Assembly (NCBI GenBank): GCA_965197305.1
Contig: CBDAMS010000013.1
Location: 1,199,121 to 1,263,120, forward strand
From: Candidatus Acidiferrales bacterium
GTDB taxonomy: Bacteria > Acidobacteriota > Terriglobia > Acidiferrales > UBA7541
Direction: 5' to 3'
Length of the DNA: 64,000 nt
In this document: in pieces, positions 51,046-61,036 of the stretch
Position numbering within the stretch: position 1 is the stretch's first letter
Layout of the letters: every line of letters starts with the position of its first letter
The notes under the pieces: model-generated
Database searches by the model: none
Told to the model about the DNA's origin: nothing
What the model saw: only the letters and a program-made list of their open reading frames with translations
Translations under genes and position numbers: made by a program

Positions 51046-51105
51046 TCCCGGAACGAAAACCCCAAGCGCAACTAGAAAGCTCCACAATCGATGCATACGT
51101 TTCAT
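51046..51105 (-). pseudogene. orphaned 5' end (signal peptide) of the IS-split OMP gene
   Basis: GGAGG (51111-51115, minus strand), then ATG at 51105: MKRMHRLWSFLVALGVFVPG, running straight into the IS3-2 end. Confidence 0.6.
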
Positions 51106-51637
51106 GGCATCCTCCCGGTTTTGTCATGTTTCGGGGCGCTGGGGGCGGACTCTTCTGCCTATGGGGATGGAACCACGTGGGGCATGCCAACGTGTCCGCA
51201 CCCCAGGTTCCCGACTCCGGGAATAAGATACTACGGAACGGGTGTTGTGTCACCTCACGAAATTGAGGATAGTGCCGGGGGTGTGAATATGCAGATCCCA
51301 CCGCCGCCAAGTCGAGCCTATCGAGAGCATCGCACACTCCCTGCGGACATCCCGGGTTCGATCCCTGGTTTTCGCTGTTGCCATCGTACCGAGCTAATGA
51401 TACGCGGTTTGATGCGGCGAACAAGCTCGGTACGGCCCGGGGAGGGCCGCTGATTTCGCTCTCCGGGCCTTCTGCGAAGTCGGCAACCTCGCTGCCCGGG
51501 ACTCGTGGACTACGTGTCCTCACCATTCCTGGCAAGAGCTGCCGTATACCATTACACGTTTCTGCTTGCTACCCTAGTCCGGTTCCCTATTTTGGGTGCG
51601 CCGCATATGTGTTATAAGGTGTGTGGAGAGTAACACA

Positions 51638-51838
51638 ATGGCAACGAACCTTGCGATAGATCCGGATCTACTGGACAAGGCATTGGCGATCGGTGGCGAG
51701 AAGACCAAGAAGGCCACCGTCAACCTCGCCTTGCGGGAATTCATCGCACGTCGGGGGCAGGAACGGCTGCTCGATCTATTCGGAAAACTGGATTGGGACG
51801 GCGATTACGACTACAAACGAGATCGGACCCGCAAGTGA
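51638..51838 (+). CDS. vapB: VapB-family antitoxin
   Basis: MATNLAIDPDLLDKALAIGGEKTKKATVNLALREFIARRGQERLLDLFGKLDWDGDYDYK. The ATG at 51638 follows GGAGAG. Confidence 0.75.
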   Translation: MATNLAIDPDLLDKALAIGGEKTKKATVNLALREFIARRGQERLLDLFGKLDWDGDYDYKRDRTRK

Positions 51839-52242
51839 GTCTGTTCGTGGATACCAGCGTCTGGTCTCTGGCGCTCAGGCGGGAGGCGCCGCCGGAAGGC
51901 TCCGAGGTGCAGCGACTGCGGGAGGCGCTCGGCGGCAGCGATACGGTCTACACGACCGGCTTGGTACTTCAGGAATTATTGCAGGGCTGCCGCGGTCCGC
52001 GCACTGGGGCGCGGATCATCGACCGCTTCGCGGCCATCGCCATGATTGTGCCAACGCGTGGCGACCATATCGCCGCGGCCCGCCTGCGCAACGAATGCCG
52101 CCGACACGGCATCCAGGTCGGAACCATCGATGCGCTACTCGCCCAGCTTTGCATCGGCCACAAACTTGTCATGCTGTCAACCGACCGAGATTTCAGCCAC
52201 ATCGCGGATTGCACATCGCTTCAGCTTTGGTGCGCACCATGA
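51835..52242 (+). CDS. vapC: VapC-family PIN-domain toxin
   Basis: The GTG start overlaps the vapB stop (GTGA). (V)SLFVDTSVWSLAL...QELLQG...DALLAQLCIGHKLVMLSTDRDF contains the PIN acidic residues. Confidence 0.8.
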   Translation: MSLFVDTSVWSLALRREAPPEGSEVQRLREALGGSDTVYTTGLVLQELLQGCRGPRTGARIIDRFAAIAMIVPTRGDHIAAARLRNECRRHGIQVGTIDALLAQLCIGHKLVMLSTDRDFSHIADCTSLQLWCAP

Positions 52243-52629
52243 CCTTGCGGCTTCAGACCCGAACGGGGTAAGGAGACAACGAGGATGGCACAAGGGCTGA
52301 AACTTTCCGACGCGGTCTTTAATGCCTTGTACCGCGGTCGCATGCGGATTCCGCGTCACTACCTCAAGCGGGTCGACCTCATCGGTAGAAATAGAGAGAA
52401 AAAGATTCCAATTGCCAGTTCGGTAGCTATCCCGGCAATGCACCAGAACACATCCCACCGGGGCCTGATTACTTGTCCACCAACTGCCGAACCGCCTCGG
52501 CATGCTTGGGGTTGTTCAGGTCAGCTTCGAGAATTTCGAGATTCATCGTTTTTTGAAGTCCTGCCCCGCCGCATTCTCCGACTGGGTCGCCGCCGCAAGC
52601 CTGAACGTCCACCGCCGTGCGATACCGGC

Positions 52630-53570
52630 TCAGAACCGGTACTTCAGTTTGACGGTCACTGCCATGTAGCGGAGGTCGCCGAACTCAAGGTTGGAGTCAA
52701 ACGGGGTGACGCCGTCCGCCTGGACCGGGGCGTGGCTGCGGATGAGGTTCCACGTCGCGTCATGGCTGAGGGTGTCGAACGCGGCCCAGCGCGCCTTCGC
52801 ACCAATCGACACACGCTTCGTCAAGGCGTAGTCAACGCCGGCCATCAACTGGAAGCCGAAGACGTTCTTGCTCGCCGCCGTATCGATGTAGCTGACCGTG
52901 CCGGCGGCAGCGCGCTTGGCCGCCTCGGGCCAGTCGGGGTCGAAGGCGATCTGCAGGTACTCCGCATCCGGCTTTCGAACGAACCCGTTGAAGTAGCGAA
53001 GGCTTGTTCTGGCCCAGCCGAGGCCGACGCCTGCGTAGGGCGTCCAGGGTGAATCGTTCACGAAGTCGTAGTACGCGTTGGCGAAGACCTGGTGGGCCTT
53101 GTAGTCTCTAATCCCCTCGCGCGGCGGATCGTCGTTGCTCCACTCGGTGTTCTTGCCCTGGAGCGACACATTGGAGGTCGCACCGAGCGCCGCAGTGTCA
53201 TTTCCGTGGTACCGGTTGAGGTATTCCACTTCGAAGCGCGGCTTGCCAGCCATGTATCCGAAGCTGAGGCTGCTCACGAACCAGGCGCCCGCTTCGAACT
53301 CGTTGGACGTGAGCTGCTGCGCGATGTTGTTGACGCAGGCCGGGTCGCTGGTGGGCGGGGAAACCGACGCCGGATAGAGGAGACGGTCGCATCGCGTCGG
53401 GTGGTTGACGCCGCTCAGGCTAAAGGTGACGGTGGATGCGATCGACACCCCCGTCTCGATGCCTACGTAGAAGCCGTGCCGGTCGTCCTGGGCGCTCGCG
53501 GAGCCCGTAGCGCCCAGCATCGCGAGGCACAGCACCACCGAGAGCCGACCGGACAGTCGGAAACGACGTA
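52630..53570 (-). pseudogene. beta-barrel outer-membrane protein gene (copy 2), start codon removed by IS21
   Basis: The frame is open to the IS21 end: ...RRFRLSGRLSVVLCLAMLGATGSASAQDDRHGFYVGIETG... with no usable start upstream. The C-terminus reads ...MAVTVKLKYRF. Confidence 0.65.
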
Positions 53571-53701
53571 TGTACGCGCCGGAGAGAAACTAGGCCAGGA
53601 ACGCCGCGAGAGCGGCGGACCCTGGCGGAGCAAAAACAGACCGCCGGAAATCTGTCTCAGGAAACGGTCCCAGGAGGAGTGTTTCGTGGGATACCGGAGG
53701 G

Positions 53702-55210
53702 ATGTACACAGTGGAGCTATATGCACGCGTTCGGCGAGAGGTTGATGTTGAGGGGAAGAGCGAACGGCAGGTAGCCCGGGAGTATGGGCTGGCGCGGGAA
53801 ACCGTTCGGAAGATGTTGCGGTATTCGGCGCCGCCGGGCTACCGGCGGCAGCAGCCGGCCAAGCGGCCGAAGCTGGATCCGTGGGTGGGAGTGATTGAGG
53901 CGATCTTGGAGGAAGATCGGAGACGGCCCCGGAAACAGCGCCACACAGCAAAAAGAATCCATCAACGATTGCGAGAGGAGCAGGGCTTTGGTGGTGGGTA
54001 CACCATCGTGAAGGATTACGTGCGTCTGCGGAGGCTGAGCCAAAGGGAGATGTTCGTACCGCTGGTGCACCCTGCGGGAGACGCCCAGGCAGACTTCGGG
54101 GAAGCGTTGGTGGTGATCGGCGGAGAGGAGCAGAAGGCACACTATCTGGTGATCGATCTGCCGCAGTCGGACGACTGTTTCGTGATGGCATTCCCGGCCG
54201 AAACGACGGAAGCGTTTCTGGAGGGGCACAATCAGGCGTTTGCATACTTCGGCGGAGTGCCGCGGACCATTCTGTACGACAACACGAAGCTGGCGGTGGT
54301 GCGGATCCTGGGAGACGGGACGCGGAAGAAGACGCAGGCGTTTTCTGAGTTGCAGAGCCACTACCTGTTCCAGGAGCGGTTTGGGAGGCCCAGCAAGGGA
54401 AACGACAAGGGGAAGGTGGAGGGACTGGTCGGATATGCACGACGGAACTTCCTGGTGCCGGTGCCGCGGTGCGCGAGCTGGGAAGAGCTGAACACACACT
54501 TGCGGGAACAGTGCCGGAAGAGGCGCCAGCAGCGGTTGCGAGGGCACGAGCAGACCATCGGAGAGCGGTTCGAGAAGGACCGGACAGCGCTGTTGCCGCT
54601 GCCAGCGACGCCGTACGAAGCCTGCGACAAACGAACAGGGCGAGTGAGTTCTCTCTCTCTGGTGCGGTATCGCGGCAACGATTATTCGGCACCGGTGTGC
54701 TGGGGGCACCGCGAGGTTCTGGTCAAAGGCTACGTCCACGAGGTGGTGATCTCGTGCGGCGCGGAAGTGATTGCGCGGCACTCCAGAAGCTATGAGCGGG
54801 AGGACATGATTTTCGACCCGCTGCACTATCTGGCGCTGCTGGAGCAGAAGACGAATGCGCTCGATCAGGCGGCGCCGCTGGTGGGCTGGGAGTTGCCGGA
54901 AGAGTTCACCGAACTGCGCCGACTGCTGGAAGCACGGCTGTCGAAACGAGGTAAACGGGAGTACGTGCAGGTGCTGCGGCTGCTGGAGACCTTCTCGATG
55001 GCGGAGGTCACCAAAGCGGTGGAAGATGCACTGCGGCTGAGAGCGATCTCCTTCGATGCGGTGAAACATCTTTTACTGTGCCGGATCGAGCAACGGCCGC
55101 CGCGGCTGGATCTGCAGAACTATCCGTACCTGCCGATGGCACAGGTGGCCACCACGGCGGCCGCCGACTACCTGGCGCTACTGACTCCCGTGCAGGAAGG
55201 AGTCCTCTGA
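53702..55210 (+). CDS. istA: IS21-family transposase IstA
   Basis: 502 aa. N-terminal HTH (GKSERQVAREYGLARETVRKML), ...RHTAKRIHQRL..., and a DDE core. Confidence 0.9.
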   Translation: MYTVELYARVRREVDVEGKSERQVAREYGLARETVRKMLRYSAPPGYRRQQPAKRPKLDPWVGVIEAILEEDRRRPRKQRHTAKRIHQRLREEQGFGGGYTIVKDYVRLRRLSQREMFVPLVHPAGDAQADFGEALVVIGGEEQKAHYLVIDLPQSDDCFVMAFPAETTEAFLEGHNQAFAYFGGVPRTILYDNTKLAVVRILGDGTRKKTQAFSELQSHYLFQERFGRPSKGNDKGKVEGLVGYARRNFLVPVPRCASWEELNTHLREQCRKRRQQRLRGHEQTIGERFEKDRTALLPLPATPYEACDKRTGRVSSLSLVRYRGNDYSAPVCWGHREVLVKGYVHEVVISCGAEVIARHSRSYEREDMIFDPLHYLALLEQKTNALDQAAPLVGWELPEEFTELRRLLEARLSKRGKREYVQVLRLLETFSMAEVTKAVEDALRLRAISFDAVKHLLLCRIEQRPPRLDLQNYPYLPMAQVATTAAADYLALLTPVQEGVL

Positions 55211-55977
55211 TGGAGACTCCTCAAGTTTTGCTGGAGCATCACCTGAAGGCGCTAAGACTGCCGACCTTCCTGCGCGAGTACGACAAGGTGGCGCAGCAGT
55301 GCGCCGCCGAAGGGGTGGACTATCCCCGCTACTTGCTGCGGTTGTCGGAGCAAGAACTGCTGGACCGGGAGCGGCGGGCGACGGAGCGGCGCATTCAGCA
55401 GGCGCGGTTCCGGGTCGTGAAGAGCCTGGACAGTTTCGACTTTCTGGCGATTCCGTCGCTGAACAAAGCGCTGGTTCTGGAGCTGGCCCGCAGTGAGTTC
55501 ATCGACCGCAAGGAGAACGTGCTGGCCTTGGGAAACTCGGGCACAGGCAAGACGCACATCGCCCTGGCGCTGGGACTGGCGGCCTGTCAGAAGGGCTACC
55601 GGGTGCGGTTCACCACCGCGGCGGCGCTGGTGCATGAACTGATGGAGGCCAAGGACGAGAAACGGCTGCTGCGCTTACAGAAACTGCTGGCCAGTTACGA
55701 ACTGCTGATCATCGATGAACTGGGGTTTGTCCCGCTGTCGAAAACGGGGGCCGAGATGCTGTTCGAGATCTTCAGTCTCCGTTACGAGCGCGGCGCCACC
55801 CTAGTCACCAGCAACCTGCCCTTCCACGAATGGACCGAGGTGCTGGGCTCGGAGCGCCTCACCGGTGCCCTGTTGGACCGGCTCACCCATCACGTCCACA
55901 TCCTGGAGATGAACGGGGAAAGCTACCGGCTGAAAGAGAGCAAACGAAAGCGGTCAGCGAAGCCTGCCAGCCGATAA
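55210..55977 (+). CDS. istB: IS21-family helper ATPase IstB
   Basis: The ATGA overlap joins it to istA. Walker A GNSGTGKTHIALALG, Walker B LLIIDELG, ...TSNLPFHEWTEV... Confidence 0.9.
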   Translation: METPQVLLEHHLKALRLPTFLREYDKVAQQCAAEGVDYPRYLLRLSEQELLDRERRATERRIQQARFRVVKSLDSFDFLAIPSLNKALVLELARSEFIDRKENVLALGNSGTGKTHIALALGLAACQKGYRVRFTTAAALVHELMEAKDEKRLLRLQKLLASYELLIIDELGFVPLSKTGAEMLFEIFSLRYERGATLVTSNLPFHEWTEVLGSERLTGALLDRLTHHVHILEMNGESYRLKESKRKRSAKPASR

Positions 55978-56179
55978 CGATTCCACCCTAACCCTCCCCA
56001 CACGTCGCCACGATCGGGCTGGGGTGGCTTCCGCTCCGGCCTAACCGCGCCGCCTGAACGGAGGCGCAGGCCTCCGCTCCAGCCACCCCAGCCCGATCCA
56101 GCAAATCAACCCCTTCCCTCACCGGGAGTGATCTATTTTTCCTCCGCCCCTCTGGCCTAGTTTTTCTCCGCCCTTGACA

Positions 56180-57522
56180 GCAGTGGAGGAAGTGCAGAAG
56201 TTGAGTCAGGTGATCCAGATTGATGAGGGCAAGATACAGGCGCACCTGGGGGAAGTGGTACGGAGCACGGTGGAGGAGACGCTGAACGCTTTGCTGGATG
56301 CAGAGGCGGACCGTCTCTGTCGTGCCGAGTGCTACGAACGCACGGAAGCCCACCAGGACACGCGAGCAGGTTCCTACCAGCGGCAGTTACACACCCAGGC
56401 CGGGGAAGTCAGGTTGAAGGTTCCGAAGCTGCGAAGCTTGCCATTCGAGACGGCCATCATCGAGCGCTACCGCCGACGCGAAAGTTCGGTGGAAGAAGCC
56501 CTGGTGGAGATGTATGTGGCCGGGGTGAGCGTACGGCGCGTGGAAGATATCACCGAAGCGTTGTGGGGCACGCGGGTCAGTCCGAGCACCGTCAGTGAGC
56601 TGAACCAGAAGATCTACGGGCAGATTGAGGCCTGGCGTAACCGGCCGATCGCGGGTCGCTATCCGTATGTGTTTCTAGACGGTCTGTGGCTGAAGCGGAG
56701 CTGGGGCGGTGAAGTGCGGAGCGTGTCCATTCTGGTGGCCATCGCTGTGAACGAGGAAGGGTTCCGCGAAGTGCTGGCGGTAGCGGAAGGGTCGAAGGAA
56801 GATAAGCCAGTTGGACAGCCTTTCTGCGGCACCTGAAAGAGCGTGGGTTAGCAGGGGTGCGGCTGTTCATTTCCGACAAGTGCCTGGGGCTGGTGGAGAG
56901 CCTCGGAGAGTTTTATCCGGAAGCGCTCTGGCAGCGGTGCGCGGTGCATTTTTATCGCAACGTGTGGACGGCCGTACCCACCAGCAAGGTGAAAGCAGTG
57001 GCGGCCATGCTCAAGGCCATTCACGCGCATGAGGATCGTGCCGCAGCGCGGCTGAAGGCCGAGCAGGTGGTGGCCAAGCTCCGGGAGATGAAGCTGGCCG
57101 ATGCCGCCGAGGTGGTGCGGACCAGGATCGAAGAGACACTGTACTACTACATGTTTCCGCGGCAGCACTGGCGGAGCCTGCGCACGAACAACCCGCCGGA
57201 GCGCATCCTGCGCGATGTGCGGCTAAGAACGCGAGTGGTCGGAGCCTTCCCGGATGGCAAGTCAGCGCTGATGCTGGCCGCGTCCAATCTGCGTCACGTC
57301 GCCGGCACCAAGTGGGGCACGAGGCGGCATGAACGCACGCACAACAACTTTCGGCTCCCCCTCGGGGGAGCCGAATACCGTGACCACCAGACCTATGCCT
57401 CAGACAATGTGCGAAAAACGCTGGACACTACCTCAGCCCCCCCCGTAACTCCAGATCCTCCGATGCGCGTTTATCCTCCCTTCGATTGCCTAACGCCTCC
57501 CCCCAGTCTCTTAACATTCTAG
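56180..57522 (+). mobile_element. IS256-family element remnant (transposase frameshifted; 5' end abutted by IS21)
   Basis: ORFs 56174-56836 and 56857-57522 together give ...LNALLDAEADRLC...YERTEA...RESSVEEALVEMYVAGVSVRRVEDIT...YVFLDGLWLK... / ...LRHLKERGLAGVRLFISDKCLGLVES...WQRCAVHFYRNV... A missing base near 56800 (…EDK[A]SWTAFLRHL…) splits the gene. The right boundary is unresolved (about 57.43-57.54 kb). Confidence 0.7.
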
Positions 57523-57574
57523 TATCGCGGCGGCCTTGACCGTTAAGGGACTCGGCCAGGCCGCCGCGCACCGT

Positions 57575-60500
57575 TTAGAAGCTTAAGCGAAGGCCAAACT
57601 GCATCTGCCGCGCGCCAAAGAGGTTAGAGCTAGTCGTCCTCGCGTTTTGGAAAGAGGACCGCGCAGCCATACACGTGTTGCTGTGGGATACCGATGGACA
57701 TGTGGATGACGTCGCGCTGGGCTGCACATACGTGAACGCGCTGTCGAATACTCTTTGTACGAGTGTGGTGTTAAGTATATTAAAGGCCTCCGCGCGAACT
57801 TCGAACGCGACACCCTCGGTAATCGCGAATTGTTTTGCCAATCGCACGTCAAAATTTACAATCTTCGGCTGTGTAAATGAGTTGCGAGGCAACCAAGCGG
57901 CCCGCCCGCCCATGGGATTGCCCGAACTTGAGATCAGGATGCCTGTCATTCCGCCCAGCAACCCGCGACTGTCATCCGGACAGCTCCCTGTCGGCCCCAG
58001 ACACTGGATGCGGCTGCTGCCGATTAGAGCAGAGTAACGCGTTCCGCCGGAAATCGTAGCAGTATTAGAAATACTCCAGCCGCTTAGTACGCCCCGTACG
58101 AAAGCATTGGAAACGTTACTGCCGAAGCCGGGCTGCCACACGAGGCTAGAGGTAAAACGGTGGCGAACATCGTTAGTCGAATAGCCTTCTTCCCCGAAAG
58201 GCAACAGCGGCGTGCTGCCTCGGTTGAAGGGATCAAGGAAGCCGTGAGTGGTGTAGAAGCCCTCGCCTCCGGTTAATACTCCCGCCTGTCCACCATCTCT
58301 GGACCTGCTCAAGGTGTAATTCGCCACTACTTCGAGCCCGTAACTAGTAGGAGCTTTCCGCACCGTCAGTATAAGGCCATTGTAGCGTTGCGAGATGCCG
58401 CTGTAGTTGGTGTAAATGGCACCGGTGGGGGTGTCAATTCGCGTGGTAAAAAACGGCACCGTCGAGGTCAGTTGGGTGACACCCGAGCTGTTGACAACGT
58501 CGTAGGTCTTGGTTGCCGTCGAAGGCGCGACGTTGACATCCGAATTATACGGGAGATGCAAACCACGGACAAAATGGTAACTGGCCGACGCGCTGATACT
58601 CCCCGGCAGTTCATGCTCGATCGCCACTTGAGCTTGGTAGGCCCGCGGCCGCTGCTGGGTTGGATCCATTGCGCGAGTGTTGCAGGGGCACACGTTTTGG
58701 CCTTCGGGAAAGTCCAACCCACGACCGGCCACCGGCTGTTCCGACTCACTGAGAGTTGAGGAAGTGAAAGGCCTACCCGGATGAACGTCCTGCAGGTCAA
58801 AAACTATATTCGGGAATGTAAACCCAGGGGTGTACTCAGGACTGATACAATCGGTTGGAATGCAATTAATCTGCGGGTTGTCGCCACCATTGGAAAACGT
58901 CTTAAAGGTGCTTGCGTTGCTCTTCGAGTAGTAGAGGCCTCCGCCTACTCGGAGGACCGTATTGTCCGCGAAATTCCACGCAACGCCTATGCGCGGCTGA
59001 ACGGCTTTCTTTTCAGATGGCCACTTTTCAGTGTAGATAGCCAGAAGGGGAGTACTTGTATTATGGGTGTGTGGCCGAGGGAAGACTTGAAGGTCATACC
59101 GCACGCCAATATCGATGGTCAAGTTCGCACGTGCTTTCCAGGTATCCTGGAAATACCATGCATATTCTGTGCTGTAGAAATTCTCTATATAGGTATCCGG
59201 GGCAACAAATCCCTGGGGTTTAGCAAACCCCGGAGCAAATTCCACGGTACCTCCGGATGAATCTCCGGCATGGTTATAGTTAGCCCAGTGTTTTCCCGTT
59301 AATCCATCGCCAACATCGACCCCATAAAGATCAAGCAGCCAGCCGCAAAAAGTTGTGTTCGCGCGTTGGGCACTCGAGCCGAGGAAACTGGGGCCTAAAT
59401 CGCAGCCGCCGGCATCGGTCACAATTGCAGGAAGATTGATTGCGCTGCTGTATCTATACTCGCCCGCCGAGTTAGCGGCACTTCTAGCATCGTACCTGAT
59501 TCGATTCCAATCAAAACCGGTCTTGAAGGTGTGAACGCCTTTAGTGAACGAGAAATTGTCGCTAATCTGATGGCGTCGCTCGTTGGTGCGTGTGGAGCCA
59601 TTGTCTGAGCCATAAGTAAACAGGCCCGGAAGGATGACCCCCGGATTGCCCCCGATGTTCGCCGGCGGCCTAAATGTGAGGTCTTTGCCCCATTGATAGC
59701 GAAACTGATTGACTTTGTCTACGCCAATCACCGTCGTCCAATTCCCGATTACAAATCGGTTCTGATTGAAGGTCACCTGGGCTCCCAGAATACTGCTGCC
59801 GGATCCCGCCCTCGGCTCTTTCCAATCTCTATTATTGACGACCACGCTGAGAGTATTGGCCTGATCCACCGTGTAGTCGAGTTTAATCAATGACACGTCC
59901 TGTCGCAGGTTTCGCGGGAAAGTGCCGATGACTTCGGTCGTAACAAAATTTTTGGCGGCTGCGCACTGTGCTTCGGAGAGGCCGGACGCAGGATTAGGGC
60001 AGGCCAAATTGCTTATAGACGGGTTTAGTTGCCGGGTCTCCACAGCAATCGGGTTTCTCTTGCGATATCCATCATAGTTTGCGAAGAAAAATAGTCGGTC
60101 TCTAGCAATCGGGCCGCCCACAGCGAATCCATACTGGTTCTGCTGACGAACCAGCTTTATCGGCTCCTGATTAATTGCTTCCGAGTTCTTTTTGGCGACC
60201 GGGTCGAGGGCGTTGAAGATGGGGTTGCGTAAATTCCAGAAGAGCTCGCCATGAAAAGTGTTGGTGCCTGACTTCGTGACGGCATTGACCAGGCCGCCCG
60301 CCGCCTGCCCAAGTTCCGCAGTGAAAGCGCCCGATGAGACCTGGAATTCCCGAATGGCAGCTCCGCTGTAGACGTACCCGTCGTCACCCGGGCGTCCGCG
60401 CGCCGTCCCATAATAGGAACTGTTATTGTTTGCGCCGTCGACCGAATTGTTGTTGTACAGCCCGTTGAGTCCGTGGAACGACATTTGACCACTGGTTCCA

Positions 60501-61036
60501 TCCGGAGTTACACCAGGGGTGAGCAACACAAATTGCTCCCACCGACGTGAAGTCGTTGGTAGGTTGTCGACCAAATTCTCAGTGACGTTTTGCGACAGCT
60601 GAGTTTTCTCCGTCTCAAGGACAGGTGCTTCCGTGGTGACGGTCACCAATGCTTGCTGCGCGGCCACCGGCATCTCCACGTCTATCTTGAGCGTCTGCCC
60701 CACCCCCAACTGCACGCCCTGGCGCGTGACAGTCGCAAAACCCGTCTGGCTCGCCGTCACGTTATAGGTGCCCGGCGGCAACAATAGCATGACATACAAA
60801 CCCACATTGTTCGACGTGGTTGATTTTTCCACCCCGGTGTCGATGTTGCGAATCACGACGTTCGCCCCGGCCATGGCCGCGCCCTGCGCATCGGTCAACG
60901 TTCCAGTGAATGCTCCGGTCGCCAATTGACCGAATGCGGAACTTACAAAGCCGGCCAATAACACCACCACGGCCAACCCCACCACTCGAACGCGCCGAAG
61001 CTGCCTAGACCCCAAAAACCCCTCTAGTACACGCAT
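57575..61036 (-). CDS. TonB-dependent outer-membrane receptor with an N-terminal carboxypeptidase-regulatory-like domain
   Basis: The ATG at 61036 follows AAGGAGG. Signal peptide, a CarboxypepD_reg-like module (…ANVVIRNIDTGVEKSTTSNNVGLYVMLLLPPGTYNVTASQTGF…), a large barrel, terminal ...MQFGLRLSF. Confidence 0.85.
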   Translation of the reverse strand: MRVLEGFLGSRQLRRVRVVGLAVVVLLAGFVSSAFGQLATGAFTGTLTDAQGAAMAGANVVIRNIDTGVEKSTTSNNVGLYVMLLLPPGTYNVTASQTGFATVTRQGVQLGVGQTLKIDVEMPVAAQQALVTVTTEAPVLETEKTQLSQNVTENLVDNLPTTSRRWEQFVLLTPGVTPDGTSGQMSFHGLNGLYNNNSVDGANNNSSYYGTARGRPGDDGYVYSGAAIREFQVSSGAFTAELGQAAGGLVNAVTKSGTNTFHGELFWNLRNPIFNALDPVAKKNSEAINQEPIKLVRQQNQYGFAVGGPIARDRLFFFANYDGYRKRNPIAVETRQLNPSISNLACPNPASGLSEAQCAAAKNFVTTEVIGTFPRNLRQDVSLIKLDYTVDQANTLSVVVNNRDWKEPRAGSGSSILGAQVTFNQNRFVIGNWTTVIGVDKVNQFRYQWGKDLTFRPPANIGGNPGVILPGLFTYGSDNGSTRTNERRHQISDNFSFTKGVHTFKTGFDWNRIRYDARSAANSAGEYRYSSAINLPAIVTDAGGCDLGPSFLGSSAQRANTTFCGWLLDLYGVDVGDGLTGKHWANYNHAGDSSGGTVEFAPGFAKPQGFVAPDTYIENFYSTEYAWYFQDTWKARANLTIDIGVRYDLQVFPRPHTHNTSTPLLAIYTEKWPSEKKAVQPRIGVAWNFADNTVLRVGGGLYYSKSNASTFKTFSNGGDNPQINCIPTDCISPEYTPGFTFPNIVFDLQDVHPGRPFTSSTLSESEQPVAGRGLDFPEGQNVCPCNTRAMDPTQQRPRAYQAQVAIEHELPGSISASASYHFVRGLHLPYNSDVNVAPSTATKTYDVVNSSGVTQLTSTVPFFTTRIDTPTGAIYTNYSGISQRYNGLILTVRKAPTSYGLEVVANYTLSRSRDGGQAGVLTGGEGFYTTHGFLDPFNRGSTPLLPFGEEGYSTNDVRHRFTSSLVWQPGFGSNVSNAFVRGVLSGWSISNTATISGGTRYSALIGSSRIQCLGPTGSCPDDSRGLLGGMTGILISSSGNPMGGRAAWLPRNSFTQPKIVNFDVRLAKQFAITEGVAFEVRAEAFNILNTTLVQRVFDSAFTYVQPSATSSTCPSVSHSNTCMAARSSFQNARTTSSNLFGARQMQFGLRLSF

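Larger units (their letters stand above)
53571..56179 (+). mobile_element. IS21-family insertion sequence (istA-istB)
   Basis: Ends TGTACGCGCCGGAGAGAAACTAGGCCAGG (53571-) and, reverse-complemented, TGTCAAGGGCGGAGAAAAACTAGGCCAGAGG (-56179). Extra sub-terminal GGCGGAG-AAAAA repeats at both ends are typical of IS21. Confidence 0.85.

Noticed and set aside
51330-51376. tRNA-like 3' half: an anticodon-arm-like hairpin (TCGCA-CACTCCC-TGCGG) plus a good T-arm (CCGGG-TTCGATC-CCTGG). Possibly a tRNA gene or an att-site remnant.
   Set aside because: There is no matching 5' acceptor strand or D-arm upstream. Position 33 is A rather than U. There is no CCA or discriminator context. At most it is a decayed tRNA 3' fragment. 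The idea of a tmRNA starting at GGGGC (51130) was also dropped, because the 5' and 3' ends cannot pair.
52469-52546. 25-codon minus-strand ORF (MNLEILEADLNNPKHAEAVRQLVDK) that reads like the N-terminus of a longer enzyme.
   Set aside because: It is too short to assign and ends in TAA. It may be another 5' gene stub, but this cannot be supported from the sequence alone.
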